A stretch of DNA of 64,000 nucleotides from a virus, in IMG/VR virus record IMGVR_UViG_3300042298_003052, positions 1 through 64,000 of that record; one strand, 5' to 3'. The position numbers and the translations under genes were made by a program. The notes beneath the pieces were generated by a model. That model did not search any database. It was not told where the DNA came from and saw only the letters and a program-made list of their open reading frames with translations. Positions 37,426 through 47,611 of this stretch are shown here, in pieces (the stretch's first letter is position 1; every line of letters begins with the position of its first letter).

Positions 37426-39692
37426 TGCAGAAGCCCTTCTTGTTTGACCATCTCAGCAAATTTTTGACTGCTATTGGATATACAGACGGTGAAGAAGTGA
37501 GGTTGCGATCGTTCTTACCGAAGACCTACGATGATACAAAACCACGCAACCTGATCTTTACGATGCCTCAATATCCGGTTATGACTTTAACCAAGTGGAT
37601 AGATGAAGGTCGTAAAATCTATGTGGTTGTTCACCCTGGTGGAGATGGAGATAAGGACATTACTGCTTGTAGAACGATCTTCTACGAACATGACTATATA
37701 GATGAGTCTACTCTTGAGAAGATGAAAATGCTTCTCCCTGAGGTAGAATTTCCCATTAAACCAATGGAGGAAAAGGAGAAAAAACAGAAGTGGATATTCC
37801 CTAAAGACGCTCAGAAATCCTTCTGGTTAGCGTTAGGACTACCTGAACCTACCGTTCAAGTAGACACGGGTTCCAAATCTATTCACAACTATTGGACTCT
37901 ATCAGAACCCTTAGAAGAATCCCAATGGAGGGCTTTACAGGAGGATTTGATCGCGTTATCAAGTGCGGATCCAGTTAATAAGAATCCATCTAGGATTATG
38001 GCCTTAGCTGGCATGTTGAATGTAACAACTGGTGAACACGCTCGAATTGTAGGAGGTACTGGAAAACCTCATGATTACAATGACTTGCGATCGCTAATTC
38101 CTGTCAGTGAGGTTCGCAAAGGTATTTCTTATGGAGAATTTTGTAAATCTTTTAAGTTTCCGATAAACGATAGTGTACCGTTAATCATTTGTCTGTCTAT
38201 AGAAAATCAGACTAAGATTAAAGAGGGTAGCGATGACTATAGAAACAATGGCGCGTTTTCGCTAGCTTGCGATCTTATAGCAGCATCATATTTTTTAGAA
38301 TCTGAAAACCAACGGTATAGTGGCGATCCTTATGATTTATTTGTGGAATACTGTGAGAAGTGTTCTGACGGTGGCGGTTGGGGGTCTTCTGAATGGGATA
38401 CTGTGTGGCGATCTGCTGAGAAGAAAGATCGCAATACTACATTAGAACCAAAGAATATTATTAATCGTATTAAAACGTGGGTGTGGGAGAACGTTCCTAA
38501 TAAGGATGTATTGAACATCGGTGGAATAGTAAGGAGTTTTGCAGAAAACCAGGTTTCTGTAAATTTAGAAGATATACCGGAGAATGCTACTGATGAACAG
38601 AAACTTATTTTAGGTATAGCCAACTATATAACTCTACGGGATTCTGGTAATACTTTTAAGTTCATCCCTTATCGTCGTAAGCTGATGGACGGGGAAATAA
38701 CAGGAACCCGTCTGTCTTTAGATGAACTGGAAGTTTTAGCAAAACACTTACAACGGGTTAAAGCTAACGATCTATTACATACCAGTGAATTTCTCGCTGA
38801 TGTATATGATGAGATCGATCGCAGAGCTAAAGAAGACAATTTTCATGGATTGATAACTGGATACCATGAAATCGATAATAATACGCAAGGTTTTCAACGT
38901 ACTGATCTTATCGCGGTAGCAGGTAGACCCGGTTTAGGTAAAACGACCTTCGTTCTTAATATTGCGAAAAATATATGCGTTAGAAATAATGTTCCTCTAG
39001 CTTTCTTCAGTTTAGAGATGTCTAGAACCCAGTTAGCTTACAAATTATTGTCTAATGAGACGCAGATCAACTTTTCATCCCTTAGATCGGGAAGGTTAGA
39101 ATCTGATCAATGGGAAAGATTGCATGAGGGTATTATTAAAGTTTCAGAAATGAAATTTTATATAGATGACACTCCTTACATAACCATAGCTGAGGTATTG
39201 GCCAAATCACGTAAACTTAATAGAGAAGTTGGCGGGTTAGGTGCGATCGTCATAGATTATCTACAATTAATGATACAAGGTGACGATCCTACGCGAGAAA
39301 TTGGTAAAATAACAACACAACTAAAAGGACTCGCCCGAGAACTAAACGTCCCTATATTTATTTTATCTCAGTTAAATCGTGGCGTAGAAAGTCGTACTAA
39401 CAAACGACCATCGAATAGTGATTTACGTCAGTCAGGACGTATTGAAGAGGATTGCGACATGATCATAATGTTATATAGGGAAGATTATTATAATTCTTCC
39501 ACTCCTGATAAAGGAAAGACGGAAGTTTTGATCACTAAACATCGTAATGGTCCTACAGGTATGTTTGAACTGATGTTTACACCAGAAACATCTTTATTTG
39601 AAAATCTCCCTGGATCTTTTGTTGTTAAACCTAAAACCAAATCAGAATCTCAAAAAACTGAAGACGACAAAATACAAGAAATAAACTTTTAA
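37425..39692 (+). CDS. dnaB: RepB'-type primase fused to DnaB replicative helicase
   Basis: PT.QVDTG.KSIH.YW and D...KNPSR.M.LAG (RepB primase); GRPGLGKT, FSLEM, IDYLQL, LSQLNR, DLR.SG.IE.D.D, KHRNG. Confidence 0.9.
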   Translation: MQKPFLFDHLSKFLTAIGYTDGEEVRLRSFLPKTYDDTKPRNLIFTMPQYPVMTLTKWIDEGRKIYVVVHPGGDGDKDITACRTIFYEHDYIDESTLEKMKMLLPEVEFPIKPMEEKEKKQKWIFPKDAQKSFWLALGLPEPTVQVDTGSKSIHNYWTLSEPLEESQWRALQEDLIALSSADPVNKNPSRIMALAGMLNVTTGEHARIVGGTGKPHDYNDLRSLIPVSEVRKGISYGEFCKSFKFPINDSVPLIICLSIENQTKIKEGSDDYRNNGAFSLACDLIAASYFLESENQRYSGDPYDLFVEYCEKCSDGGGWGSSEWDTVWRSAEKKDRNTTLEPKNIINRIKTWVWENVPNKDVLNIGGIVRSFAENQVSVNLEDIPENATDEQKLILGIANYITLRDSGNTFKFIPYRRKLMDGEITGTRLSLDELEVLAKHLQRVKANDLLHTSEFLADVYDEIDRRAKEDNFHGLITGYHEIDNNTQGFQRTDLIAVAGRPGLGKTTFVLNIAKNICVRNNVPLAFFSLEMSRTQLAYKLLSNETQINFSSLRSGRLESDQWERLHEGIIKVSEMKFYIDDTPYITIAEVLAKSRKLNREVGGLGAIVIDYLQLMIQGDDPTREIGKITTQLKGLARELNVPIFILSQLNRGVESRTNKRPSNSDLRQSGRIEEDCDMIIMLYREDYYNSSTPDKGKTEVLITKHRNGPTGMFELMFTPETSLFENLPGSFVVKPKTKSESQKTEDDKIQEINF

Positions 39693-39697
39693 TAACC

Positions 39698-41923
39698 ATG
39701 TTAAAACCAATACCTAACTACGGAATTAACGATCCGTATCAGAATTCTTCTAATGATCCATTACCTATTCCACCAAGGGATGATCGCTTCCCTGGTTTAC
39801 GATATGTAGAAGCTCGTGAGGGAGCTAAGAAAAAGGATCCTGATAGTAAACCTCGCATAGTATCGGATGATACGGAATTTAATATTTTTGATGTTCCTGA
39901 TACTACGTTTATCAGGGAATCTGAGGTTAAACTTTTTGATGTACAACCGTTCTCAGATTACACCAGAGGCGTAGTTCTTCTAGATCTGGAATGGGTTGGT
40001 CCAGATGGAGGATCTGCTACAGGTACAAAAGATGATATTATCGTAGCGATCGGTGTCCGATACAGAGGTAAGTCTTATCTAGCCTGTAATAAAGACAAAA
40101 CAGAAAAAGAATTACTACAATGGTTTTTTGCTAGAATAGAAAGTTTTCCACAAGTTCATACGATCGCTGGTTATGCGATCTATGGGTTCTATAAGAACTC
40201 TGAAGAGGTCATGGTTGATCTAGCCATGATATATCATCGTTGCTTGTTACATGGCCTAGAATGTCCTTGGAAGCCATCAGAGAGTAAATATAATACCTAT
40301 CGATGGCAAAATGCGATCGTCTTTGGAAAACCCTTAGAAGTACCAGCGTGGGATTGCGATCTTTATGAACTTATCGATATTTATCCGCAGATTGTTTTAT
40401 ACGATTCTTTAGTTCGTAAATTAGAAAACTATCGTCTCAAAGATAGTGTTATTGGATTTGGTTTGAGAAAAGATCGTCGTATAGAAATAGGCGATAAAAT
40501 TCATGAATATTGGAGTAAAGGAGATGTAGACACTATTAAAACTTATCTAGATTATGACTTAGAAGACACAGAGCTTCTATGGAATTTTCTAACGCCACAA
40601 AATTATTTTATGAAAGCTTACATGTCATGGACGTTACAGAGGATAACCACTACAGGTACAGGATCATGGTGGAATTCGTTCATGATCGATCGCACTAAAA
40701 TGAAACCCAAGAAAACGCAGACGTGTTCTTACCAAGGTGCTTTAACATTCTACATGAGTGGAATACATAGATCTTTGATGAAGTGTGATTTCTCAGGTCT
40801 GTATCCTAGCATTATGCTTACATGGTTAGTATGTTCTCACAAAGACAGTGATTACATAGCATTGAAGACTTTATTCTTTTTACTCAAATATAGGAAGTCA
40901 ATTAAGAAGACGCCTGAATGGATACGTTTCGATGGAGGCGATCGTTCTCCCGAATGTTTAGATGCTGATGGTCGTCAGAATACGGCAAAGAGGTCAGCTA
41001 ACTCATTGTATGGGCTATGGAATACTAAAGGATTGAATTTTAACGATCCTTACGCTGGTGCTGCTGTATGTGCTTATGGTAGGCAATTATCTCGCTATAT
41101 GATCAATTGGTTATACGAGAATAAAAATCTCGACACAAGAGGTTGCGATACTGATGCTGCTATGGCCTGTTTAATAAATCCACAAGAATATGGTATTCAT
41201 GGATTTGAAAAAGGTATAAATAACTACACAGAAGAAGAGATTTTAGATAATCTCACGAAGATGGATGTGTTTTTCAAGCAGACGGTATCGGAACTCAATA
41301 GCACCATGCCAGGGTATACTGCTGTAGATTACGAAGACTTGATACCGTTTATGTGGGTTCCACCTAATATAAAGGATAAAGATGCTGGTAAAACTTTAGC
41401 TGACAAACTTAATAGCGTAGAGTGTTACGAGCATGTTACACCGGATCAGTTAGATCCTGGATTATCCAAGAACTATATCTATGCTGTAGCCAAACGGGAT
41501 AAAGATGGCAAGTTGACAGGTAAATTTACATTAAAGTCTAAAGGTAAATTTAAGAAGAGAGATAAAAATTGGATACAAAAGGATTTTGTTATTGATCTAA
41601 TCACCAAACTGTTTTATGATGGTGAACATGCGGCTAAGGAGTTTGCCTTAGATGTTAGGGCTCAGATAGCCTCTGGTACATTACCTTTGGAAAAACTACA
41701 AAAAACTGTACTTGTTGCGTCCAACTGGAAACAGTTTGTAGAATGGGGATTTCCAGTAGGTAGTAGACCATGTATACATTACACTTGGAGAGGAGAAACA
41801 ACTGGTAAAAAGAGGATAAAAAAAGTTTTTGTTGCTACTGACAATATTAGCGAATTCTATGCTCCTGAGTATTACCTGGATCAATTCGATACGGTACTAG
41901 CTGAAACCCCGGTAAAATTATGA
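39698..41923 (+). CDS. polB: family B DNA polymerase with proofreading exonuclease
   Basis: DLE (ExoI), Y..YD (ExoIII), DFSGLYPSI, K..ANSLYG, DTD. Confidence 0.9.
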   Translation: MLKPIPNYGINDPYQNSSNDPLPIPPRDDRFPGLRYVEAREGAKKKDPDSKPRIVSDDTEFNIFDVPDTTFIRESEVKLFDVQPFSDYTRGVVLLDLEWVGPDGGSATGTKDDIIVAIGVRYRGKSYLACNKDKTEKELLQWFFARIESFPQVHTIAGYAIYGFYKNSEEVMVDLAMIYHRCLLHGLECPWKPSESKYNTYRWQNAIVFGKPLEVPAWDCDLYELIDIYPQIVLYDSLVRKLENYRLKDSVIGFGLRKDRRIEIGDKIHEYWSKGDVDTIKTYLDYDLEDTELLWNFLTPQNYFMKAYMSWTLQRITTTGTGSWWNSFMIDRTKMKPKKTQTCSYQGALTFYMSGIHRSLMKCDFSGLYPSIMLTWLVCSHKDSDYIALKTLFFLLKYRKSIKKTPEWIRFDGGDRSPECLDADGRQNTAKRSANSLYGLWNTKGLNFNDPYAGAAVCAYGRQLSRYMINWLYENKNLDTRGCDTDAAMACLINPQEYGIHGFEKGINNYTEEEILDNLTKMDVFFKQTVSELNSTMPGYTAVDYEDLIPFMWVPPNIKDKDAGKTLADKLNSVECYEHVTPDQLDPGLSKNYIYAVAKRDKDGKLTGKFTLKSKGKFKKRDKNWIQKDFVIDLITKLFYDGEHAAKEFALDVRAQIASGTLPLEKLQKTVLVASNWKQFVEWGFPVGSRPCIHYTWRGETTGKKRIKKVFVATDNISEFYAPEYYLDQFDTVLAETPVKL

Positions 41924-42270
41924 CACCACTAACAAGACGCAAGAAAATTTCAAATTATATTACCGCTGTATTACAAGAAGTGCGATTTAGAAAGTTACTG
42001 AACGATTTCAGTCCTGTTGAACAGATGGTCTCTTTATTTCTGTTCGGAGAGACGGACGTGACGCGATCTGATCTACAAAAAACTCTTGTAGATCGCAATA
42101 GGATTATTCTCGAAAATGGTGATAGAACCTTAGTCAGTTTCTATAAGATCACCACCGTGGAGAATCTTACAACAACAGGGTTGAACGATGATGAAATTGA
42201 CGCTCTTGAATTTTTCTCATGGTTAGAAGATCGTTTTCACATTGTTCGGCGTTCGGAGATGTACTTCTAG
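41920..42270 (+). CDS. hypothetical protein
   Basis: ATGA-coupled to polB. Confidence 0.55.
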   Translation: MTPLTRRKKISNYITAVLQEVRFRKLLNDFSPVEQMVSLFLFGETDVTRSDLQKTLVDRNRIILENGDRTLVSFYKITTVENLTTTGLNDDEIDALEFFSWLEDRFHIVRRSEMYF

Positions 42271-42629
42271 TGGATGACCATTTTGATATTGATGTTCTAA
42301 ATAAAAGGATCGCTGATTTACAACAACATGAGAAACGCCTTCACGATTTAAGAACTAAAGCTTATACAACCCTTGCGCGTTTACACACGTTTCTAAAAAG
42401 AGGACGGCCCACATTCAGCGAAAACGAGAATAAGATATTAATATATCTTGTCAACATGGGATTGGATGGTGAATTGTCTAGGAACAATGTTTGCTGTTTT
42501 GTCGAGACGGTTTCTCTTAATATGAGAATGTTGTCGAACTCTGATATGGCAGAACAAAACGGAGAATGTGTCGTTTTTACTAATGTAAGAGCGATCGAAC
42601 GAATCTTAGATACTACTCGTGTAGGTTAA
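42219..42629 (+). CDS. hypothetical protein
   Basis: Operon position; start may be the GTG at 42270. Confidence 0.5.
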   Translation: MVRRSFSHCSAFGDVLLVDDHFDIDVLNKRIADLQQHEKRLHDLRTKAYTTLARLHTFLKRGRPTFSENENKILIYLVNMGLDGELSRNNVCCFVETVSLNMRMLSNSDMAEQNGECVVFTNVRAIERILDTTRVG

Positions 42630-42636
42630 AAGAAAC

Positions 42637-43653
42637 ATGAAAAAAAGAAAAAGTCTATTTTCTCCTGCTGTAGGAGGAAAATCTAGCGTCACTAAATATC
42701 CTGTGGACGATTATCGATATTACCGATATATCGTAGAACCGTTTGTGCATTCAGGACCAGTGACAGTCGATCGTCTTTTGAAATTCGGTAAACCTATTGG
42801 ATCTCGATTTGCTGTCGTAGCGGACGCTGATCCTACGATTGTTGCTATTTGGTGGGTATGGCAAGATCCCGTGAAACGTCAAAATTGCGATCAATTTATA
42901 AAACATTATTCTGATCGCGTAGTTGAGTTTGCTCAATCTGGCGTTACTAGAGAGACACTAAAAGATCGCATTAAACTCGTTAATTTTTTCGACGAGCTGA
43001 AATATAATTTCGAGAATCCTTATAGTGTTACTTTTGAACATTTAGCAGCCGTAAGTCTCGTACTAAGAAAGTTAGTTTTTGGTGGCGTTGTTAGATGTAA
43101 CACGTTGGGTAAATTAAATGTAGCGGTTAGTTACGATAAATTGATCGCTTTCCCCAACTGGCAACATAAATGGATTGATTTAGATCCGCTGTGTGAAGTT
43201 AAGATCGAATCTGATTACAAGAACTGTTTTACTACAGATTTTGAATTCAGTGATAGTAGTTCGATTGACTGGAGTCAGACTTTAGTCTTTATAGACCCAC
43301 CTTATTACTTACCTTACGAACCTGGTACAAAACGTAAAGGTGTAGGTGCTATGACCCCTGCTTATCCTGGTCATAATGTTTCGGGGGAATACACTTACAA
43401 CTTGGCTTTTGATAGTGTGAAGTTGGCATTAGAACGTGGTGCTAAAAGAGTCGTACACACTAATTATTGGTGTAGAGACATGCAAAAAGCCATGGAATAT
43501 CTTTCTCACAGATATAATGTATCACTCCATACCACATTGATCGGTACATTAATTGGTATGAATCATTCTAGAAAGAATGTAACCAATAGGATAGAAACAG
43601 TTTGGGAGTTTGGAGGCGATCGCATGTTTCAACCAAAAAGGATTCCTCTATGA
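42637..43653 (+). CDS. D12-class (Dam-like) N6-adenine DNA methyltransferase, divergent
   Basis: GGKS, EPFVHSG (motif I variant), G.LNV, FIDPPY. Confidence 0.75.
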   Translation: MKKRKSLFSPAVGGKSSVTKYPVDDYRYYRYIVEPFVHSGPVTVDRLLKFGKPIGSRFAVVADADPTIVAIWWVWQDPVKRQNCDQFIKHYSDRVVEFAQSGVTRETLKDRIKLVNFFDELKYNFENPYSVTFEHLAAVSLVLRKLVFGGVVRCNTLGKLNVAVSYDKLIAFPNWQHKWIDLDPLCEVKIESDYKNCFTTDFEFSDSSSIDWSQTLVFIDPPYYLPYEPGTKRKGVGAMTPAYPGHNVSGEYTYNLAFDSVKLALERGAKRVVHTNYWCRDMQKAMEYLSHRYNVSLHTTLIGTLIGMNHSRKNVTNRIETVWEFGGDRMFQPKRIPL

Positions 43654-43868
43654 GTAAAGATACTGTATACGAAAAACGAGTTGGGTCAGCATTCTACAGA
43701 ATCAAACAACAGAGGATTAAAGTAGGTAGTATATCAGAACTGTTGTCGTATACCGGAGCAGAGAAACTAGCTCCTGTCCCAGAGGTCTTTTTTAGCACTA
43801 GTAATAGCCCTAGTGTTAAGGAATTGTTGTCCAAAATAAACCATTATATCAAGACTCAAAATGACTAA
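43650..43868 (+). CDS. hypothetical protein
   Basis: Likely start is the ATG at 43650 (ATGA coupling). Confidence 0.45.
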   Translation: MSKDTVYEKRVGSAFYRIKQQRIKVGSISELLSYTGAEKLAPVPEVFFSTSNSPSVKELLSKINHYIKTQND

Positions 43869-45228
43869 ATTACCAGCGCATGTAGCCGTCACAGGTCGTG
43901 TAAAAGATTGGTTGAAAGATCCTGAAAGCCGACTACCCGTGTCTTGTACTGTATTCCATGTCAAAGACTCCATGGAGGGTAAAGACGGTATAGAAGATTC
44001 TTGGATCTTCACATCAAGAGCCTTAAGGAATGCCGCTGGTGTGGCGATCGATCTGAGCGATCTACGTCCTTCTGGTACATCTAACGGTAAAGGTTTAGTA
44101 GCTTCTGGACCTTGTTCTTTCGCTGCTGTTTACTCCGGACTAAACGAACTTCTTCGTAGAGGCGGAGCTTTTCGCAATGGCGCTATCACCTTATATTTAG
44201 ATTATGATCATCCAGATATTGAACAATATTTGGATCTAAGTTTAGATATTATTCCTTGGGCAAAAAGAGCTGTATATGTCGATGAGAATCTGATGCAGTC
44301 TCCTCACATCGACAAGATTGTTAAACGAGTTAGAGATGGTTCTATTTGGTTAGCCAAAAAATCATACGATCGCCAAGGTCGTCGTTTATACTCTAACGTA
44401 TGTATGGAAATTCTTCTGTTATCTAGAGGAACCTGTTTACTGTCTCATGGCAATTTAGGATCTGTTACTGTATCAGAAATTCCTCAGATGTTTGAGAAAG
44501 GTATGCAGTTTCTATGTGAACTTCATTCTAAAACAGGAGTGGGCGATTCTGGTATATATCTTACTCCTGAAGAAGATCGTCAAGTAGGATTCGGTGTTAT
44601 TGGTTTATCCAACCTACTGGCATTGGAGAATGTCAAATACGCTGACTTTGTAGACGCTCTAGAAAAAGTTTTGGGTTATGGTAAGGAAACACCTTCTGAA
44701 CCTGCTTATGCGATCGCTTGTGCGTTACTAGAAGGGTATTCTAGAGCCGCGATCGTGGCCAGGGCACATAACATGGAAAGAGCTTTTACCATCGCTCCTA
44801 CGGCCACCTGTAGCTATAAGTATCGCGATCGTGATGGTTATACTACTGCCCCAGAGATCAGTCCTGTAAACTGTCACCCCATATCGAAAACTCTTGTTAG
44901 AGAGTCAGAAACAATGCCAGATGTCACCTATGAGTATCATCCCAATTGTGAAACAACCACAGACATTTCTTGGGATGTTCAGTATAGGCTAATGAAAGCT
45001 TGGCAGATGTTGATGAACACAACTGGGTTAGCTCATGCGATCTCATTTAATATTTGGGATAAAGCTAATCTAGATAAAGAATTCATTCAAAACTGGTTAA
45101 AGTCACCCCTTCTAACCACTTACTACTCCTTGAAAACTCAACAATTCGCCCTTGATAAATCTCAAATCGCTTTAGCAGGAGAATCCTGTGGATTAACTCC
45201 TGATATGTGTACATCCTGTTCTGAATAA
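43861..45228 (+). CDS. nrdA: ribonucleotide reductase alpha subunit, minimal cyanophage type
   Basis: RLPVSC, ASGP.SF, RRGG, NVCMEI (thiyl Cys), CLL, IAPTA, YY, terminal C..C.E; no ATP cone. Confidence 0.9.
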   Translation: MTKLPAHVAVTGRVKDWLKDPESRLPVSCTVFHVKDSMEGKDGIEDSWIFTSRALRNAAGVAIDLSDLRPSGTSNGKGLVASGPCSFAAVYSGLNELLRRGGAFRNGAITLYLDYDHPDIEQYLDLSLDIIPWAKRAVYVDENLMQSPHIDKIVKRVRDGSIWLAKKSYDRQGRRLYSNVCMEILLLSRGTCLLSHGNLGSVTVSEIPQMFEKGMQFLCELHSKTGVGDSGIYLTPEEDRQVGFGVIGLSNLLALENVKYADFVDALEKVLGYGKETPSEPAYAIACALLEGYSRAAIVARAHNMERAFTIAPTATCSYKYRDRDGYTTAPEISPVNCHPISKTLVRESETMPDVTYEYHPNCETTTDISWDVQYRLMKAWQMLMNTTGLAHAISFNIWDKANLDKEFIQNWLKSPLLTTYYSLKTQQFALDKSQIALAGESCGLTPDMCTSCSE

Positions 45229-45239
45229 TCGAGGTTATT

Positions 45240-45971
45240 ATGACCATTACCAGTTTTTACGATTCTCAACTGAATAAAAAAGTGTCTTGGAGTGTTGTCA
45301 AAGGAACTGCCGGTCCTATTCTATCGGGAGCTGAAAATGCGATCGCTAGGGCTTTGGAATTACGCATTCTAGAGTTGGAAGTAGAAGCGTTTCTAAGAGA
45401 TGGATCCATCAGGGAAGTTAATAAATTAACTGATGACATGAGATCTATCATTTTCTCTAATATGGAAGATGAACGAAAGCATGATGAAGCCCTAAATCAT
45501 GCTGCTAATGTTTATAAATTAGCATCTCCTGACGATACTAAAGATGCACAGGCGATCGCCCAAGAATGGATTAATCACCCTGATCATCCTATTCTTAAAA
45601 CTGCGGTGTTAGAACGCAGTGTATTTTTCGTTCTTTTACCAATGTTCAGATTTCTCACCTCTGGTTGTCTAAAGGCTACCAGCCAAGATATTAGTAATGA
45701 CGAAAACGTTCATGCTGCCGCTCATACTCAGATGGCGATCGACTTAGGCTTGACAGTATCACCAAGTTTGAATAAACTGAGGAAAGATACTGTAGAATGG
45801 GTTGTAGAACATTTGGACGCCGATGGTAAGTGGGGGAATCCTGATCTCTGGAGGCGATCTTCAGATATGCTGTTTAGCAGAGGAATAGCTCCCGAGCTAG
45901 CTCAAACGTCAAGCTATTCTATGCCTGCATTTTTTGAGAAAGACAACCGTAACTTACCATCTTACGGTTAA
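45240..45971 (+). CDS. nrdB: ribonucleotide reductase beta subunit, short ferritin-like
   Basis: LE, DE.KH, LE..VFF..LP, DE.VH; follows nrdA. Confidence 0.8.
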   Translation: MTITSFYDSQLNKKVSWSVVKGTAGPILSGAENAIARALELRILELEVEAFLRDGSIREVNKLTDDMRSIIFSNMEDERKHDEALNHAANVYKLASPDDTKDAQAIAQEWINHPDHPILKTAVLERSVFFVLLPMFRFLTSGCLKATSQDISNDENVHAAAHTQMAIDLGLTVSPSLNKLRKDTVEWVVEHLDADGKWGNPDLWRRSSDMLFSRGIAPELAQTSSYSMPAFFEKDNRNLPSYG

Positions 45972-46002
45972 ATAACGTTCATAAAAAAGGAGATCTTTTA
46001 TA

Positions 46003-46722
46003 ATGCCTAATCGTGAAATCGAACTAAAGTTTCCTGTATCTAACAAATTTGTTCACGATTTCGTTAAAGGACATTCGGATACAGCTCCTACAATGCAGAA
46101 AAATCATTATTTTTCTAGCGATCAACCTAAGGTTTCTTTAAGGACTCGCGCAACGCTTTACTTACATCAGGTTTCAGGACTTGATTGGAATCCAGAAGCT
46201 TGGGTAGATGTTCATACTGGAATTAGCTACTTTGAGGATTGTCTAGATATAGAATTGATCGGTAAGAAAGGTGCTGATCCTATTAACGGAACAGATCGCA
46301 TTGAATATTCTTATTTAATGCGCGATGACGTAGGATCTATTGAAGATCTAGACAAACTCGTTATAGATATTCTTGGACATTCTGTGTTTGCCAATTGGGC
46401 TAGGATTCGATATCACGTACAAAAATACTGCCATGTGTTAAAACATGAATTTCCTGTTTATCTAGATATCAATTCTGGTTATGGTCCCATTTTAGAAATT
46501 GAAGGACCATCTGAAGAAGATATTCTCGCTTTTGCTAAAGACTCGTTTGGTCTTACTTATTACTTGACTTCTGAGAATTTGAAAGATTTTACGAGTGAAT
46601 ATGTTAGGAATTGGTCTTACTACTACGAATCGTTTTTAGATGATAAACGAGAAGTACTTGAAGCTCGTCTATCCTTAGATAAAGAATTGCTAGAAAATAA
46701 TCTCAATAACTATGGTGAATAG
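46003..46722 (+). CDS. CYTH (triphosphate tunnel metalloenzyme) protein
   Basis: EIELKF (ExExK), Q.N.YF, SLRTR, K, R.E, R.R, LD, LEIE. Confidence 0.75.
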   Translation: MPNREIELKFPVSNKFVHDFVKGHSDTAPTMQKNHYFSSDQPKVSLRTRATLYLHQVSGLDWNPEAWVDVHTGISYFEDCLDIELIGKKGADPINGTDRIEYSYLMRDDVGSIEDLDKLVIDILGHSVFANWARIRYHVQKYCHVLKHEFPVYLDINSGYGPILEIEGPSEEDILAFAKDSFGLTYYLTSENLKDFTSEYVRNWSYYYESFLDDKREVLEARLSLDKELLENNLNNYGE

Positions 46723-47611
46723 CATGAATATCGAGCAACAGTACTTACAAGCTTTGCGCGATCTAAAAAACCATGGTCAGAAAAAACTTTTGTTTAATTC
46801 TGAGCTTGGTAAAGAGGATCCTAACAAGTATATTTTGTCTTTAGTAGGACGAGTTTTCCATCACCGAACCGATAATGGTTTTCCTTTGTACACTTCTAAA
46901 TTCGTTTATTGGAAAGGTGCTATTGCTGAAATGCTTTGGTTCCTTTCTGGTAATAGCGATCTAAGTGTACTAAATGAAATGAATGTACACATCTGGGACG
47001 ATTGGGGTGGTGATAAACAAGATACAAAGCTCAAATTGCACTACACCAATATTACCAATTGGAGAGGTACAGACTTAGATCAAACTGAATGGATCTTAGA
47101 GAATTTACCTAAGAAACCATATCGTAAAAGTTATATCGTCACTTATTTGGATCCCGAAACCACTTATCAAATGGCTGATATAACTGGCCAAAAATCCGTC
47201 GATATCGTAGCGTGTCATTATTCACACCATGTTTTATGTCAGAGTCCTAATCAACTCACTCTGACAGTATCTATTAGATCGCAAGATATGTTTCTAGGGA
47301 ATCCTTTTAACGTAGCCCAATATGCTGCACTACTAGAGATGTATTGTCTGTGTCTATCTAATAGAACAGGTGAAAAATGGACCTCTGACCAACTGATTGT
47401 CAATTGTACAGGTGATTATCATATCTACAGCGATCAATTTGATCAGATTGATGAACAATTGAACAATGAGACATATCTGTTTCCTACTTTATCTATTGTC
47501 AATCGAGGACAAACGTCATTAAGAGACTTTGTTCTGTCAGATTTCAACGTGTCTGATTACAACCATTCAGGTAAAATCCCTGCTAAAGTATATTTGGCTG
47601 GAGGATATTAA
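46712..47611 (+). CDS. thyA: thymidylate synthase ThyA
   Basis: FPL.T.K, E.LWFL.G, IWD.W, ACH (catalytic Cys), RS.D..LG.PFN..QY, D.HIY. Confidence 0.92.
   Translation: MVNSMNIEQQYLQALRDLKNHGQKKLLFNSELGKEDPNKYILSLVGRVFHHRTDNGFPLYTSKFVYWKGAIAEMLWFLSGNSDLSVLNEMNVHIWDDWGGDKQDTKLKLHYTNITNWRGTDLDQTEWILENLPKKPYRKSYIVTYLDPETTYQMADITGQKSVDIVACHYSHHVLCQSPNQLTLTVSIRSQDMFLGNPFNVAQYAALLEMYCLCLSNRTGEKWTSDQLIVNCTGDYHIYSDQFDQIDEQLNNETYLFPTLSIVNRGQTSLRDFVLSDFNVSDYNHSGKIPAKVYLAGGY

Noticed and set aside
46712-47611. dCMP hydroxymethylase or other base-modification enzyme
   Set aside because: It keeps the dUMP-specifying Asn (PFN) and is paired with DHFR, as expected for an ordinary ThyA.
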